DNA from: an uncultured delta proteobacterium
Lineage (GTDB): Bacteria > Myxococcota > B64-G9
Direction of reading: 5' to 3'
Assembly: GCA_963754925.1 (NCBI GenBank)
Contig: CAVWHX010000004.1
Coordinates: 768,001-832,000, forward strand
Length of the DNA: 64,000 bases
This document shows positions 11,013 through 22,039 of this stretch, piece after piece; position 1 is the first letter of the stretch; each line of letters begins with the position of its first letter. A program made the translations under genes and the position numbers. Below the pieces are notes generated by a model, which saw only the letters and a list, made by a program, of their open reading frames with translations, had not been told where the DNA came from and did no database searches.

Positions 11013-13577
11013 TCACATGCCTAACCGTTTCAGATCCTCCGGCTCCTTATCCTTGTCATCGTCTCCTGGGGTCTCTTTACGCCGCTCACTCAGGTCTCGT
11101 TTTGGCGAGGTGGTCTTGCCGTCATTGAATTTGGCTTTGGCCGAATCGCGTTCCTTGGTAGCTGTCTCGGGGTAGTCCGGACGGTAATGGTAGATCCCGT
11201 TGAGGACCCGGTTGAAGGCCCGGGCGATCTCATGCAGATCCTTAAGAGTAAGATCGCACTCGTCAAGTTGGCCATCGACAAAGATGCGGTTGATTATGTT
11301 CTGCACCAGCCCCTGCAGGCGTGCCGGCGATGGATCGGTGATGCTTTTTGCCGCCGCCTCGACGCTGTCGGCGAGCATTACCACCGCCACCTCGCGCGTT
11401 TGCGGTTTTGGTCCCGGATACCGGAACTCTTCCTCGACCACCATGGCTTCTGGTTCTTCTTGATCCTTGGCCTTCTGATAGAAGTACTTGATCAACGAAG
11501 TGCCATGGTGCTGCAGAATGGCGTCTACAATCGGCTGGCCCAGCTTGGCGGCCCGACCCAACTCTGCACCGTCCTTGACGTGGCTCTTGATCACGGTCGC
11601 CGACAATGAGGGTTTGAGCTTGTCATGCCGGTTGCTGCCGTCGCGCTGGTTTTCCGAAAAATAGGCCGGATTCTTCACCTTGCCGATGTCGTGGTAGTAG
11701 GCCATCACCCGCGCCAACAGCGGATTGCAACGGATCGACTCCGCCGCCGCTTCCACCAACGACCCCACGATGATGCTATGGTGGTATGAACCGGGCGCCT
11801 GGACAATGAGGTCTTTGAGCAAGGGGTGGTTCAGGTTGGCGAGCTCCAACAGTTTTATATCGGTGGTGTAGCCGAACAGAACCTCAACCAATGGCGCTAC
11901 CCCCGTCACAACCATGGCCGCAAGGATCCCGCCTGAGAAGGCGAAAATTGCATTGAAGAGAGTATCAAACGAGAAGAATATTCGCCCAAAGAGCGACAAG
12001 CCAACGGCGAGCGCCATGTTCACGAGTCCCGTGAACAACCCGGCCTTGAGTAACGACGAGCGCACGTTAGCTTTGCCGACAGCACCGGCAGCCACCAACG
12101 AGCTGCCTAAACAATACACGGTAAAACCGATGCTGTTTTCCATCAGCAACCCAGACAGAACACTGGCTATGGCGGTGAAGGCCAGGGCCATTTCACTATT
12201 GAGCACAAAACGGATCAGCATCGCACTGGCCGCAAAGGGAATAGCGTAAAAGTAGGATTCTAGCGGAAAGACTTTAAACTGCTCCCACACGGCGCCGAAT
12301 ATCCAAAACCAGATCTTTACTGAAACCACAAACACAAACAACGTCAACATCACCAATACCAAATCCCGCGGCTGCGTGCGGAACTTGCGGATGTTCCTTG
12401 CCGAGAACACACCGATAACGATCAGGATCAACGCGACGAGAAGAACGGTTCCCAGCGCCCGCTCCAGCGAGTTGGAAACCTCGGAGAGCTTGGCCATTTG
12501 TTGAAACACGCGCACATGCCACGGCTCAATCCTATCTCCATCACGTATGATTTTGGTCCCCTTCTCTATCGGCGTCTCTAACGGGCGTATCGAGTTCCCC
12601 GCTTCCTTTTTTCTTCGTTCGATTTCAATCCAGTTGCAGGTTACGTTGGGAGTAATGAGGCTCTTGGCTACGTGGGTCAACGCCATCTTCAGCGCTGGTG
12701 ATATGTTACCAAGTTCCCGAGTCGCTATTTGTTCTACCTGCCATCGGGATTGATCGAGGTCCATGATATGGGCTGAACTGCTGAGCTGTTGTTCGCTCTC
12801 GACGACGCCACCACGCAGGTAGCGAACGCTGATGCCTTTGCTGAGATCGGCCCCGAGCTGCTCACGCCGTGAAACGATCATTCCGCGCATGCTTTGACTA
12901 ACCATGCTGACCACGGCATTGAGGCTTTCGATTGAGAAACGATCCTCACGCAGAAGGGCAAAATCTTCATCATTGACCGGCACCCGCAGGATGGTGAGGA
13001 ATCGATGCTTATGTTCGTCCAATTTGGCATCTAATAACCTTTGCTGTACATCCATGGTTTTTGAAGAGTCTTCGGTTTTGCCAGTTTTGTGCGACCCGGT
13101 TTCCTTATTCACGCTCGATTGCGGGTACTTGGATAAGCCGGGTGCGGCGATCGCGCCGCGCTTCTCGGGCTCGATTCCCTGAACCGTTTGTTCATGTGCT
13201 TCAAAGACTCCTCTCATTTCGGCAAACGCCTCTCTCAGGCGCTGCAATTGCCGGTCGCCGAGATCCATATCAACATCGTATACCGATTTTACTTTCTCCT
13301 CAGCCTCGCGACGTTTGCGCTCGATTTCTTCCACATCTGGCACGGTAAACCTAATTGGCGCACGTATATCGGTAGTCGCAAACTTGCCAATATCTTCCTC
13401 GCTCAGCGATATTGACGGGCTCGGGGACGGATTGATCAACACCGCCACCACTAACCCGAGACCTATCACCATAAGACCCAACAAGAGCGGATACCACAAG
13501 CGCCGCCAGTCTCGGATCGCGCCCGCGCTATCTTGGAAAAAACTTTCAAGATTGAAAAATGAACGTATCTTTTTCAA
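11013..13577 (-). CDS. 7TM-HD phosphohydrolase (PgpH-like putative cyclic-di-nucleotide phosphodiesterase)
   Basis: N-terminal TM, large extracellular domain, 7 TM, LLELANLNHPLL, APGSYHHS, YYHDIGK, QHHGT, MLADSVEAA; phoH-HD-ybeY synteny. Confidence 0.9.
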   Translation of the reverse strand: MKKIRSFFNLESFFQDSAGAIRDWRRLWYPLLLGLMVIGLGLVVAVLINPSPSPSISLSEEDIGKFATTDIRAPIRFTVPDVEEIERKRREAEEKVKSVYDVDMDLGDRQLQRLREAFAEMRGVFEAHEQTVQGIEPEKRGAIAAPGLSKYPQSSVNKETGSHKTGKTEDSSKTMDVQQRLLDAKLDEHKHRFLTILRVPVNDEDFALLREDRFSIESLNAVVSMVSQSMRGMIVSRREQLGADLSKGISVRYLRGGVVESEQQLSSSAHIMDLDQSRWQVEQIATRELGNISPALKMALTHVAKSLITPNVTCNWIEIERRKKEAGNSIRPLETPIEKGTKIIRDGDRIEPWHVRVFQQMAKLSEVSNSLERALGTVLLVALILIVIGVFSARNIRKFRTQPRDLVLVMLTLFVFVVSVKIWFWIFGAVWEQFKVFPLESYFYAIPFAASAMLIRFVLNSEMALAFTAIASVLSGLLMENSIGFTVYCLGSSLVAAGAVGKANVRSSLLKAGLFTGLVNMALAVGLSLFGRIFFSFDTLFNAIFAFSGGILAAMVVTGVAPLVEVLFGYTTDIKLLELANLNHPLLKDLIVQAPGSYHHSIIVGSLVEAAAESIRCNPLLARVMAYYHDIGKVKNPAYFSENQRDGSNRHDKLKPSLSATVIKSHVKDGAELGRAAKLGQPIVDAILQHHGTSLIKYFYQKAKDQEEPEAMVVEEEFRYPGPKPQTREVAVVMLADSVEAAAKSITDPSPARLQGLVQNIINRIFVDGQLDECDLTLKDLHEIARAFNRVLNGIYHYRPDYPETATKERDSAKAKFNDGKTTSPKRDLSERRKETPGDDDKDKEPEDLKRLGM

Positions 13578-13617
13578 AAAAATGCCTCTTTTTATGCCAT
13601 CGGCCCATCAATTGAAG

Positions 13618-14595
13618 TCATCTCTCATGACGCTCGTAGGCGCGGATCACCTCCTGAACCAAAGGATGCCGAACCACGTCCTGCTCAGTGAACATGCAAA
13701 AGGCAATGCCTGGTATATCAGCCAGGATCGTCCGCGCCTCGATAAGACCTGACGTCCGATCGGCCGGAAGGTCGATCTGGGTAATATCACCGGTGATGAC
13801 CGCTCGGGAATCGTAGCCTAAACGGGTCAGAAACATCTTCATTTGTTCCGAGGTCGTGTTTTGAGCCTCATCCAGAATAATAAAACTATCGTTCAACGTC
13901 CGGCCGCGCATGAACGCCAAGGGCGCAACCTCGAGGGTGCCCCGTTCGAGAAAACGCTCAACCTGCTCAAGCTCCATCATGTCGTGCAAGGCATCGTAGA
14001 GCGGCCGGAGGTAGGGGTTGACCTTTTCGGCGAGATCGCCCGGTAAGAACCCTAACCGCTCGCCCGCCTCGACCGCCGGCCGGGTGATGACAATGCGTTG
14101 TACCTCCTGGCGTTTGAGCGTCGCCACGGCCATCGCCATGGCGAGATAGGTTTTTCCGGTGCCGGCCGGTCCTATCCCAAACACCACATCATGATGGCGG
14201 ATGGCCTCAACATAGGCCTTTTGACCAATACCCTGCGGGGTAATGTGGCGCTTGCGGTTGGATACCCAAATCGTATCCATAAAGATATCCTTGAGCAACA
14301 CGGTGCGGTCGCGCATCTTAACTCGGAGGGCGTGTTCAACGTCCGACGTGTAGATTGTGCGACCCTCCCGGACCAGGGCATACAGCTCATCGAGCAGGTC
14401 ATTGACCAATTCGACTTGATGCGGATCGCCGTCAATCGTCAGTTCTGTGCCACGGGACGAGATAGCGACGCCGGTTGATGCCTCGATCAGGCGCACATGG
14501 GCGTTGCCGGGACCGAAGAGAAGCCGCGCAGAAGCTCCGTCATCGAACCGGATATGAGCTTGGGACCGAGCTGAGGAACGTAGTGGGGAATCCAT
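13618..14595 (-). CDS. phoH: PhoH family ATPase
   Basis: [48 protein letters not shown] 14595 follows AAGGAG. Confidence 0.93.
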   Translation of the reverse strand: MDSPLRSSARSQAHIRFDDGASARLLFGPGNAHVRLIEASTGVAISSRGTELTIDGDPHQVELVNDLLDELYALVREGRTIYTSDVEHALRVKMRDRTVLLKDIFMDTIWVSNRKRHITPQGIGQKAYVEAIRHHDVVFGIGPAGTGKTYLAMAMAVATLKRQEVQRIVITRPAVEAGERLGFLPGDLAEKVNPYLRPLYDALHDMMELEQVERFLERGTLEVAPLAFMRGRTLNDSFIILDEAQNTTSEQMKMFLTRLGYDSRAVITGDITQIDLPADRTSGLIEARTILADIPGIAFCMFTEQDVVRHPLVQEVIRAYERHER

Positions 14596-14617
14596 CGTAC
14601 TCCTTTGACAACGATAT

Positions 14618-15808
14618 TCACTCAAATGGCCTCAGCAACAGGTAGCGGTCGTCCCGACGCTCGTAGAAGTGGTAATTTTGCCAAGGAAATTGCAGATCTT
14701 TCTTCCGGAGCAGGTTTCCGGAAATGAGTTCATCAAGGGTGTCGGGGTAGCGACCGACTTCCAACCGATAGACCTCGAGGCCTGTTTGAATGCGCTGTAA
14801 CTGAATTTGATCCAACAACTCTTTGGCTATCGGATCCCGCACCACCGATGCACCGGTATCAAAGAACAGCGACGACCTATTAATATCGCTAAGCCGCACG
14901 ATAATCAATAGCATGCCCCCGATAACGAGGTATATCCCAAGCTGTACGACGAGGCGTCTCAATGAGAAGCCCCGCGCCCAACCGCCTGGTTGCTCATCGA
15001 CGAGTCGACCGGCCTCCCGCTTGATCGGGGCAACCTTGATATATCCTTCGTTGAGGAGGTTGAGCAAGGCCTTGCACGTTTCAAATTCTCCCAGACGCGA
15101 GAGATCGATTAACTTTTGAACGTTATGCCCATATTGGGCCAACCCAAAAACGAGCACTTCGTTTCGACCGATATTCTTTGCCGCCACAGCACTATCTTTT
15201 TCAACAACTTCTCCAAAGGCGTTGTCGATCTCATCGCCCTCTTTGGTGTGGGTGTCGGCAACGTGGGGTAGTTCTTTAACCCGTTTGAACGTCATTTCAT
15301 AGGAAGATATTTTCTTCCGGACCATGGGCCACTCATCAACCATCCGGAAGCCTTCCATCAAAAGGTTCTCGCTGCGGATCGCCTCGACCGAATCCTTGTC
15401 GTAGGTCACTTCCCCGCTCTCGAAGTTGTAGGTCCCCGTATCCCAATGAAACAACTTGTACATCGTCTCGGTGGTCTGCAAGCGGGTGAATTCTTTGAGA
15501 TCAGCCTTGCTCAGGTAGCTGCGCTCAACGAGAATATCGCCCAGGCGTCGCAACGTGCGCCGCTGGATTTCGAGGCCTTCTTCCAGTTGGGCTTCAGTAA
15601 TCACCTCTGCTCGCACCAACATCGAACCAAGGAGATCGCTTTTCTTACGGGTTGTTGATTCCGCCCGTACGACATTGCCGCTGGCGAAGAAAATATTTAC
15701 TTCTTGTTCCTTTGAATTGAGGTGCAACACACCGGTCTTTGACTGATGGCTGATGAGTTGAAATATATCGGCTATCCCGAAATCTTTGAGAGTTCCTTTA
15801 AGCGCCAT
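14618..15808 (-). CDS. DUF4388 (PATAN-like) domain membrane protein with MshEN-like segment
   Basis: [19 protein letters not shown]...KTGVL N-terminus; LLGSMLV...RLGDILV repeat; C-terminal TM plus GspG-like '[10 protein letters not shown]'. Confidence 0.75.
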   Translation of the reverse strand: MALKGTLKDFGIADIFQLISHQSKTGVLHLNSKEQEVNIFFASGNVVRAESTTRKKSDLLGSMLVRAEVITEAQLEEGLEIQRRTLRRLGDILVERSYLSKADLKEFTRLQTTETMYKLFHWDTGTYNFESGEVTYDKDSVEAIRSENLLMEGFRMVDEWPMVRKKISSYEMTFKRVKELPHVADTHTKEGDEIDNAFGEVVEKDSAVAAKNIGRNEVLVFGLAQYGHNVQKLIDLSRLGEFETCKALLNLLNEGYIKVAPIKREAGRLVDEQPGGWARGFSLRRLVVQLGIYLVIGGMLLIIVRLSDINRSSLFFDTGASVVRDPIAKELLDQIQLQRIQTGLEVYRLEVGRYPDTLDELISGNLLRKKDLQFPWQNYHFYERRDDRYLLLRPFE

Positions 15809-15860
15809 GCATACCCTCACAAAAGACCGTCAAGAACCCACCCTGTGCTTCTTGACCGCG

Positions 15861-18029
15861 TTAGCCGTCGCGCCTAAACGCATCGATCACCGCCCACAGG
15901 TAAAACGATATCAACACGATACCCAACGGCGCCACCATAAGCCAATCCACTCGGCCGCCAATACTTGCGGGATTACGTAGGAGGGCATCGCCGAGAAGCA
16001 GCTGCGCCAGTACTACAGATATTATCAGTAAAAACAAAATACCGCGCACCGTCCTGCCTTTCATAAGCTGCCCAACGCCCGGCAAAATAAAGTTGATCCC
16101 CCGGACAATGCTTTCTTGGCGCCGTAAGAAGTGGCGAATCTGCAGCTCCTTGGCTATCTTTGACTTGGAGTCGATCTGCTCTTTGCGAACAAACGCATGG
16201 AAGCATTGGCCACACACTGTGTTATCTTTGAGCTCAGTGTTGCAGCGTCGACAGGCCGGTCTCCCGCACCGCGCACATATTTTTGATACCTTAAGCCTCC
16301 GCCGGAATGTTGTCAGCACCATGAGAAGCCCGCCATATGCTGCGGCGACTAACGGGAATCGGTCTTTCGACCCAAATCCGCCCCCGGCATGCCAAAGGGT
16401 ATCAGTAGTTTTGTGCAAAACATCTTGGCTTACTGAGCTGCTGGCCAGCCATTCATCCGGTATAGGCATATCGACCACCACATAGTTGGCCAGCGAACGA
16501 ACCTTTTGCTCCCAGGTATGAACGCCGATTGCATCCAAACGCTGAGCCTGCGCATGTGCCTCGTTTCCCTTTTTGAGATCCAGCTGGTTGAAATACAACG
16601 TGCTGAGGTTGAAGTAGGGCACCGCCAGATCGGGGCGAATCTGGGTGGCCTGCTGATAGAGTGAAAATGCGGAGTCTATGTTTCCCTCAAGGTACAACAC
16701 GTTGCCCATATTGTTGAGAAGGACTTCAGAGTTTGGCTTGAGGCGCAATGCTCGATCATAGAGTTCATGCGCCCGCCCCAACTCAAAAACTCGTTTGTGA
16801 TAGTGCGCCATGGTTGCGAGCAACGCTACATCCTCCGGTTGTCTTTCAAGCTCCTTGCTTATTCGCTCAAGATTTTGGCGCGGTGCGGCGCCGTGCTCGA
16901 TGGCGATCAGATCCTCACTTCTCGATCCCAAAACTGCGAGTTGGTTCACTATCCAGTCGAGTGCTATCGGGGTGACGGCAAAAAAACCCACCATGACCAG
17001 CGAGATACTGCGGGTAGACCAACCCTGGTAAAGCCACACCGCCATCAACCACCACAGGAGCGTTATGAGCAATCCGGCCCCAAGAAGAATTGGCAGTAAC
17101 AATAAGAGCATTCCCACGATGAGGGTCTGAAAGCGTGCCACCTCATAGGGAAAAATATGGTGGAAGTCGTGAAACAGTAATCGACCATACCGCAGAAGCT
17201 GCACCACAATGAAGATTGTCGCTAACAGGCCAATCCCCAACAACAAGACCACGACCAGATTGACGAGCAACCGATTTTGATTCAGCGGATTGAGTAAGTA
17301 AACCTGAAAAGAAGTCAGCAGTTCAAAACCCCAGCGTTTGATGTTACCGGGATCTTCAGAAAAATATAACCCTCCGCGGGCGCGGTATACTGCCGAGAGA
17401 TCCGGTGCGACGCGAGCGGCGGCATCAAGCAATGAAACGGCATCTTCCCGATCACCCCGCTGCTTAGCCCGAGCAGCCTCACGGATGAGCACCTGCGCCT
17501 GCACTTCCAAATTACGCAGGTCCAATTCATCCTGTAAGCGAACTGCTTTTTCAAGATCGGTACGTGCAAGTTCGAAGTCGCGTTGCGTCACATGAATTCG
17601 TCGCTGATCCCAAATGGCGGATAAATCATCGATGGTACCTGATGGACGATGAATTGCCTCCTGTTCTCCTTTCAACCGTACGGGAAGGGTCGCAGCCGCC
17701 GGCTCGGCACCAACGTTACTGAGACCAGTATCTGGTGAAGAACCTTTGTTGGGAGTTGCTGGAGGAGGTGGGGGTGCGACCAGTGGTATTTTCGGCTGAA
17801 CCGCAGCCGCGCCATTCGGTTTTACTGGACTGGGTTTCCGGGGAGTTTTTTCACCAGCGGGTTGATCGTGTATCTCCTCATCACCCCAACGGTCACGTTC
17901 GACCTTAGCTCCCCAACCTCCACCGGATGAATCATCCGGAGCTTGCGCAACCTGAATCGGTTCCGAAACGACGCTCGTCCCTCCATGTGGCGCCCAGAGA
18001 AAAACCACGAGCGCAAATAGCGTAGTCAT
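15861..18029 (-). CDS. Membrane TPR protein with Cys-rich putative Zn finger
   Basis: TPR helices (LLNNMGNVLY, PYFNLSTLY), several TMs, CARCGRPACRRC...CGQC. Confidence 0.7.
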   Translation of the reverse strand: MTTLFALVVFLWAPHGGTSVVSEPIQVAQAPDDSSGGGWGAKVERDRWGDEEIHDQPAGEKTPRKPSPVKPNGAAAVQPKIPLVAPPPPPATPNKGSSPDTGLSNVGAEPAAATLPVRLKGEQEAIHRPSGTIDDLSAIWDQRRIHVTQRDFELARTDLEKAVRLQDELDLRNLEVQAQVLIREAARAKQRGDREDAVSLLDAAARVAPDLSAVYRARGGLYFSEDPGNIKRWGFELLTSFQVYLLNPLNQNRLLVNLVVVLLLGIGLLATIFIVVQLLRYGRLLFHDFHHIFPYEVARFQTLIVGMLLLLLPILLGAGLLITLLWWLMAVWLYQGWSTRSISLVMVGFFAVTPIALDWIVNQLAVLGSRSEDLIAIEHGAAPRQNLERISKELERQPEDVALLATMAHYHKRVFELGRAHELYDRALRLKPNSEVLLNNMGNVLYLEGNIDSAFSLYQQATQIRPDLAVPYFNLSTLYFNQLDLKKGNEAHAQAQRLDAIGVHTWEQKVRSLANYVVVDMPIPDEWLASSSVSQDVLHKTTDTLWHAGGGFGSKDRFPLVAAAYGGLLMVLTTFRRRLKVSKICARCGRPACRRCNTELKDNTVCGQCFHAFVRKEQIDSKSKIAKELQIRHFLRRQESIVRGINFILPGVGQLMKGRTVRGILFLLIISVVLAQLLLGDALLRNPASIGGRVDWLMVAPLGIVLISFYLWAVIDAFRRDG

Positions 18030-18130
18030 AAATATAAAGATTATCTCAAGCCCGCTCAGAGCGCAAGTAAGTTGATATGTTTACAAAAAAAGCTCGTTCT
18101 CGTAGGACGAGAACGAGCTCAACAACACCA

Positions 18131-18211
18131 TGCCCAGGGCGGGACTCGAACCCGCAAGGCAAAGCCATACGCCCCTCAAACGTACGTGTATACCAGTTCC
18201 ACCACCTGGGC
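18131..18211 (-). tRNA. tRNA-Leu(GAG), CCA not encoded
   Basis: GCCCAGG acceptor stem, TGGAACTGGTA D loop, anticodon arm TACGT-TTGAGGG-GCGTA, variable arm GGCTTTGCC, GGTTCGAGTCC T arm, discriminator A. Confidence 0.96.
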
Positions 18212-18508
18212 GCACCCAAACATCTACTTGTCATCGAACATTAGAACAACAGTGGTGGCTCATGTAGCACATCATCTCCATCAAGGCAATAAAAAACCTT
18301 TTAATTTCCCTTACAGAATTCAGTTTTGGCTTCTTTTACAGCTCAGTTTAGGGTAGAATTCATTCTGACTTGAGTAGGAGTAATATGTTGCCTCAAGCGT
18401 TAACCCTAAAGGACAAGAGATTGTGCAAAGCATACGAGCTTATAATCCTCACTTCGTTCGTCAACAATCTCTGATAAGCCTCGCTCCGCTCGGCAACAAT
18501 CTTTAGCA

Positions 18509-19570
18509 ATGACAAAAAAAAGGCCTTTTATTATATTTACGTTATGCGCTTGCGTACTAGCGTATTCAATATGCTCATGTGGGCTAACCGATACTATCAA
18601 AGCTAGACAGCTTGCTCGAGAGGGAAATGCCCTCTACAACGCATCAGACTATCATGGAGCAATCGAGAAATATATTGAAGCCAGAAAGCTTGATCCCGAT
18701 ACCCCAAACCTTTTTCTCAACTTAGGGTACTCCTATTTTAGCATTTACGCGCCGGAAGCCGCCGATGTACAGGACAGACAAGCGGCTCATGAAGCAATCG
18801 CCGCCTTTGAAGAGCACCTGAGACGGTTCCCCAACGATGAAAACGCCCGATCATTCAAGATAAAGACCTTACTAAAAGCAGCACCGTACGATGTCAAATT
18901 CGCCAATCAGGCGAAGGATCTATTTATCGAGATGCTCCGCGAGAATCCTTCGGACCACGAAGCTCGCCAATCGTTAATCAATCTTTTTATCGACTGCAAA
19001 CGTTACGATGATGCGTTAGATTTTTATAAACCTGTGCTGCAGACAACATCTGATACCATCGAGGCAATGAAGATCTTGGCAATCATCGCTGATAAAAGCA
19101 ACTACCTGCAAGAAGCTGTCGATTGGTATTGGCGGCGGGCGATGGTAACTCAAGAGCCAGAAAAAAAAGCCCTTTTTTTCTATGAAGTCAGCACCTATAT
19201 TTGGAACCTGCTGCAGTACCAACCTGATCGTGTTGGTGGTATGGTCGCCATACGATTAGTTGACCAAGGAATAGAAGCCGCCAAACGAGCGACAAAACTT
19301 AAAGATAACTATGCGGAGGCAATGGTTTACGGTAACTTGCTGTATCTCAAACGGGCTCAGTTCGAACCTGATGAGCTCAGCACGTCATGGGATTTGGAAG
19401 CGGCTTACGACTTACGCAGCGAAGCCGGCAAAATTATCAGCGAACGGAGGAAGGAAGACCCCCAACCTGATCAAGCAAACGGACACGGCGACAGTTCTAA
19501 CAACGGCGAAACCGAGACGGATCAATCGATACCGCATAACCACGAAGGGCAAACACAGGACGCGCGCTAG
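18509..19570 (+). CDS. TPR-containing putative lipoprotein
   Basis: Hydrophobic N-terminus ending SICSC, TPR helices (AREGNALY...LFLNLGYSY); first gene of the TonB operon. Confidence 0.75.
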   Translation: MTKKRPFIIFTLCACVLAYSICSCGLTDTIKARQLAREGNALYNASDYHGAIEKYIEARKLDPDTPNLFLNLGYSYFSIYAPEAADVQDRQAAHEAIAAFEEHLRRFPNDENARSFKIKTLLKAAPYDVKFANQAKDLFIEMLRENPSDHEARQSLINLFIDCKRYDDALDFYKPVLQTTSDTIEAMKILAIIADKSNYLQEAVDWYWRRAMVTQEPEKKALFFYEVSTYIWNLLQYQPDRVGGMVAIRLVDQGIEAAKRATKLKDNYAEAMVYGNLLYLKRAQFEPDELSTSWDLEAAYDLRSEAGKIISERRKEDPQPDQANGHGDSSNNGETETDQSIPHNHEGQTQDAR

Positions 19571-19603
19571 CCAAAGGCTGGGTGATGGTTACCCAAAAAA
19601 ATC

Positions 19604-20332
19604 ATGCTCGAGAATTTCACTAAAAAGCAAACTGGCCGTGGGTTGTTGCTATGGAAAATCCTAGGGTTCTCGCTTATCGTGCATGGAATATTCATTACCG
19701 CGATTATCTTATTCGATAGTCTGCGGGTGGATGCGGTGCCGCAACCGCCTTTGGCGATCACCTTTGTAGATTATGCATCACTGCCCCCTCCCCCACCCCC
19801 GCCCCCTCCACCTAAAAAAAGATCGGCACCGAAACCAGAGCAAAAGGTGCAACAAATCAAGCCGCAGACCAAAACCGCAGAGCTCGTGGCGCCAAAGAGT
19901 ATCCCTCAAGAAAAGCCCCGAGAGCAGCAAGAACCAGAACCCTCTCCCGACAACGGCGTTGAGGATGGCGAGGAAGGGGGCGTTCCGGGCGGCGTGGTTG
20001 GGGGGATCATCGGAGGATCGATACAAGCGCCGCCGCCGCCTCCGCAGCCGACCTACCAAACACCGGATATTATCAAGAAACGTCGGATCGCAGGCAGAGA
20101 ACCAGAGTACCCCCGCATCGCGCGCGTAGCGGGACTCGAAGGCCTCATCGTGGTCAAGATCTATATCACTGCTGAAGGAGCGGTCGGTGAGATCCAATTT
20201 ATAAAATCCGATCCCAACTTCGATCAGGCGGTGCAGGATGCCATAAAAACATGGAAGTTTACCCCGCATGTCATCAACGGTACACCGGTGGGAACCTATA
20301 CGGTGTACCGATTTAGGTTCAACCTAGAATAG
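19604..20332 (+). CDS. Energy transducer TonB
   Basis: TM with SxxxH (SLIVH), poly-Pro linker, GGVPGGVVGG, YPRIAR...GLEG, WKFTP TonB C-terminal domain. Confidence 0.9.
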   Translation: MLENFTKKQTGRGLLLWKILGFSLIVHGIFITAIILFDSLRVDAVPQPPLAITFVDYASLPPPPPPPPPPKKRSAPKPEQKVQQIKPQTKTAELVAPKSIPQEKPREQQEPEPSPDNGVEDGEEGGVPGGVVGGIIGGSIQAPPPPPQPTYQTPDIIKKRRIAGREPEYPRIARVAGLEGLIVVKIYITAEGAVGEIQFIKSDPNFDQAVQDAIKTWKFTPHVINGTPVGTYTVYRFRFNLE

Positions 20333-20400
20333 GGCTTTTGACCCAATCCGAAAAACGTCGCAGCGGAGAGCGGCTGAGGTTGGAAATCCAGGAGGAATAT

Positions 20401-21099
20401 ATGGACTTCACCATAATGCAGATGTGGTCAAGCATGGGCGTGATCGCCAAAACGGTTGTTGCTATCCTGTTTCTGATGTCAGTGTTTGTTGTGTGGGTGT
20501 CAACCGAACGCTGGTATGTATTCATGAAGGCAAAGAAACATTCGTGTGATTACGCGGTTCGGATTCAGGACCTATTAAAACAACAAAGATATAAGGACGC
20601 AGTGGCTGAGGCCGCGAATTTTAAGTATAGCCACATCGCCAAGGTCATCAGCTCCGGACTAACTGAGTATATTAAAGCATCGCTGCTCAATGCCCACAAC
20701 GCTGATGGCTACGATGTTCTCGGCGCCGCCAATCGGGCAATCGAGAAATCGGGCGCACGAGAATTGGCGAATCTTCGGCGTGGATTGGCCGGACTTGCGA
20801 CCGTCGGGTCCACTGCTCCCTTCGTCGGGTTGTTCGGCACGGTCTTTGGGATAATAAATTCTTTCCAGGGGATGGCCAAGAATGAATCCGGCGGCATCGG
20901 CGCCGTTTCAGCGGGTATTGCTGAGGCGTTAGTAACCACTGCTGTGGGTATCGGCGTGGCCATTGTTGCGGTGCTTCTGTACAATTATTTCACGAGTAAA
21001 ATAGAAGCGCTCCAAGTCGACATTAATGAAATTTCGTTGGAAATAATCGACCTGCTGGTCAAGCAAAACGCAGAGAAGACTGACTCTCCTCAGCATTGA
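20401..21099 (+). CDS. MotA/TolQ/ExbB proton channel protein
   Basis: LATVGSTAPFVGLFGTVFGI, GIAEALVTTAVG; ATG 20401 follows AGGAGG. Confidence 0.93.
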   Translation: MDFTIMQMWSSMGVIAKTVVAILFLMSVFVVWVSTERWYVFMKAKKHSCDYAVRIQDLLKQQRYKDAVAEAANFKYSHIAKVISSGLTEYIKASLLNAHNADGYDVLGAANRAIEKSGARELANLRRGLAGLATVGSTAPFVGLFGTVFGIINSFQGMAKNESGGIGAVSAGIAEALVTTAVGIGVAIVAVLLYNYFTSKIEALQVDINEISLEIIDLLVKQNAEKTDSPQH

Positions 21100-21117
21100 G
21101 CAAACGAGGGTTACGAT

Positions 21118-21567
21118 ATGTCAATATCGGGTAATGGCGGCGGATTGCGATCGGAAATCAATGTCACCCCGTTGGTAGATGTGATGCTGGTCCTGTTGAT
21201 CATCTTCATGGTGGTCACCCCCATGCTTCAACGGGGCAAAGATGTCCAACTTCCGCAGGTCATAAACCCGGAGAAACAACCTGACAACGGCCAAGACCTG
21301 ATCGTCTCGGTGGAGTATCTTCGACGTACTGCCGCAGGATTTGATTTTAGTATTTACCTTGGCGGTGATCCAACTCCCATCAGCCCAGCAACCCTGAGCA
21401 TTCGTTTACAGGATGAGCTTCGGAAAGACGCCTCCAAAGAGGTATACCTCAAAGGCGACCGGCGACTGAACTACGGCGTGGTCCGTAAGGTGATGGAAAT
21501 CTGCCACGAGGCAGGATTTACGCGTGTGAAACTCGCGACCGAAGAGAACAGGTCGAAAGAGGGCTAG
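21118..21567 (+). CDS. ExbD/TolR family protein
   Basis: INVTPLVDVMLVLLIIFMV with the conserved Asp. Confidence 0.92.
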   Translation: MSISGNGGGLRSEINVTPLVDVMLVLLIIFMVVTPMLQRGKDVQLPQVINPEKQPDNGQDLIVSVEYLRRTAAGFDFSIYLGGDPTPISPATLSIRLQDELRKDASKEVYLKGDRRLNYGVVRKVMEICHEAGFTRVKLATEENRSKEG

Positions 21568-21570
21568 CTC

Positions 21571-22029
21571 ATGGCAATGCAGTCCGGTAAACACGGCGTA
21601 CAAGCCGACATGAACGTCACGCCGCTCATCGACATCCTTTTGGTGCTGTTGATCATATTTATGGTGATCACCCCGCTGATGCTTCTGCAGCACAGCGTTG
21701 ATATCCCCAAAAAGGCCGAGGTGGATTTACCGCCGGACATAACTACCGACCAAGTGGTGCTTACCTATACTAAGGATAACACCATTTTTCTCAACCAAAA
21801 CCGCGTTGAGCGCCCCGTGTTGACCGCCCGGCTTAAAGAAATTTATCAGAACCGACGCGATAAAACCATTTTCCTCAACATCGACCCGGATGCCAACTAC
21901 GGCGAGGCAGTCAAGCTTATTGACAGCGTACGTGCGAGCGGTGTCGATAAGTTGGCGGTTATCACGCTCAAGGAAGGCGAGAAGTTTCAGATACCCGGCA
22001 TTGATACCTTCGTGCCTGCTTCACCCTAG
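21571..22029 (+). CDS. ExbD/TolR family protein (second paralog)
   Basis: MNVTPLIDILLVLLIIFMV. Confidence 0.92.
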   Translation: MAMQSGKHGVQADMNVTPLIDILLVLLIIFMVITPLMLLQHSVDIPKKAEVDLPPDITTDQVVLTYTKDNTIFLNQNRVERPVLTARLKEIYQNRRDKTIFLNIDPDANYGEAVKLIDSVRASGVDKLAVITLKEGEKFQIPGIDTFVPASP

Positions 22030-22039
22030 AGTTTTTAAC

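Noticed and set aside
19585..19603. Sixth +1 error, or phase-variable A7 tract, at the tonB 5' end
   Set aside because: An ATG at 19585 would be in frame after deleting one A, but the ATG at 19604 already gives a complete TonB, so there is no real evidence.
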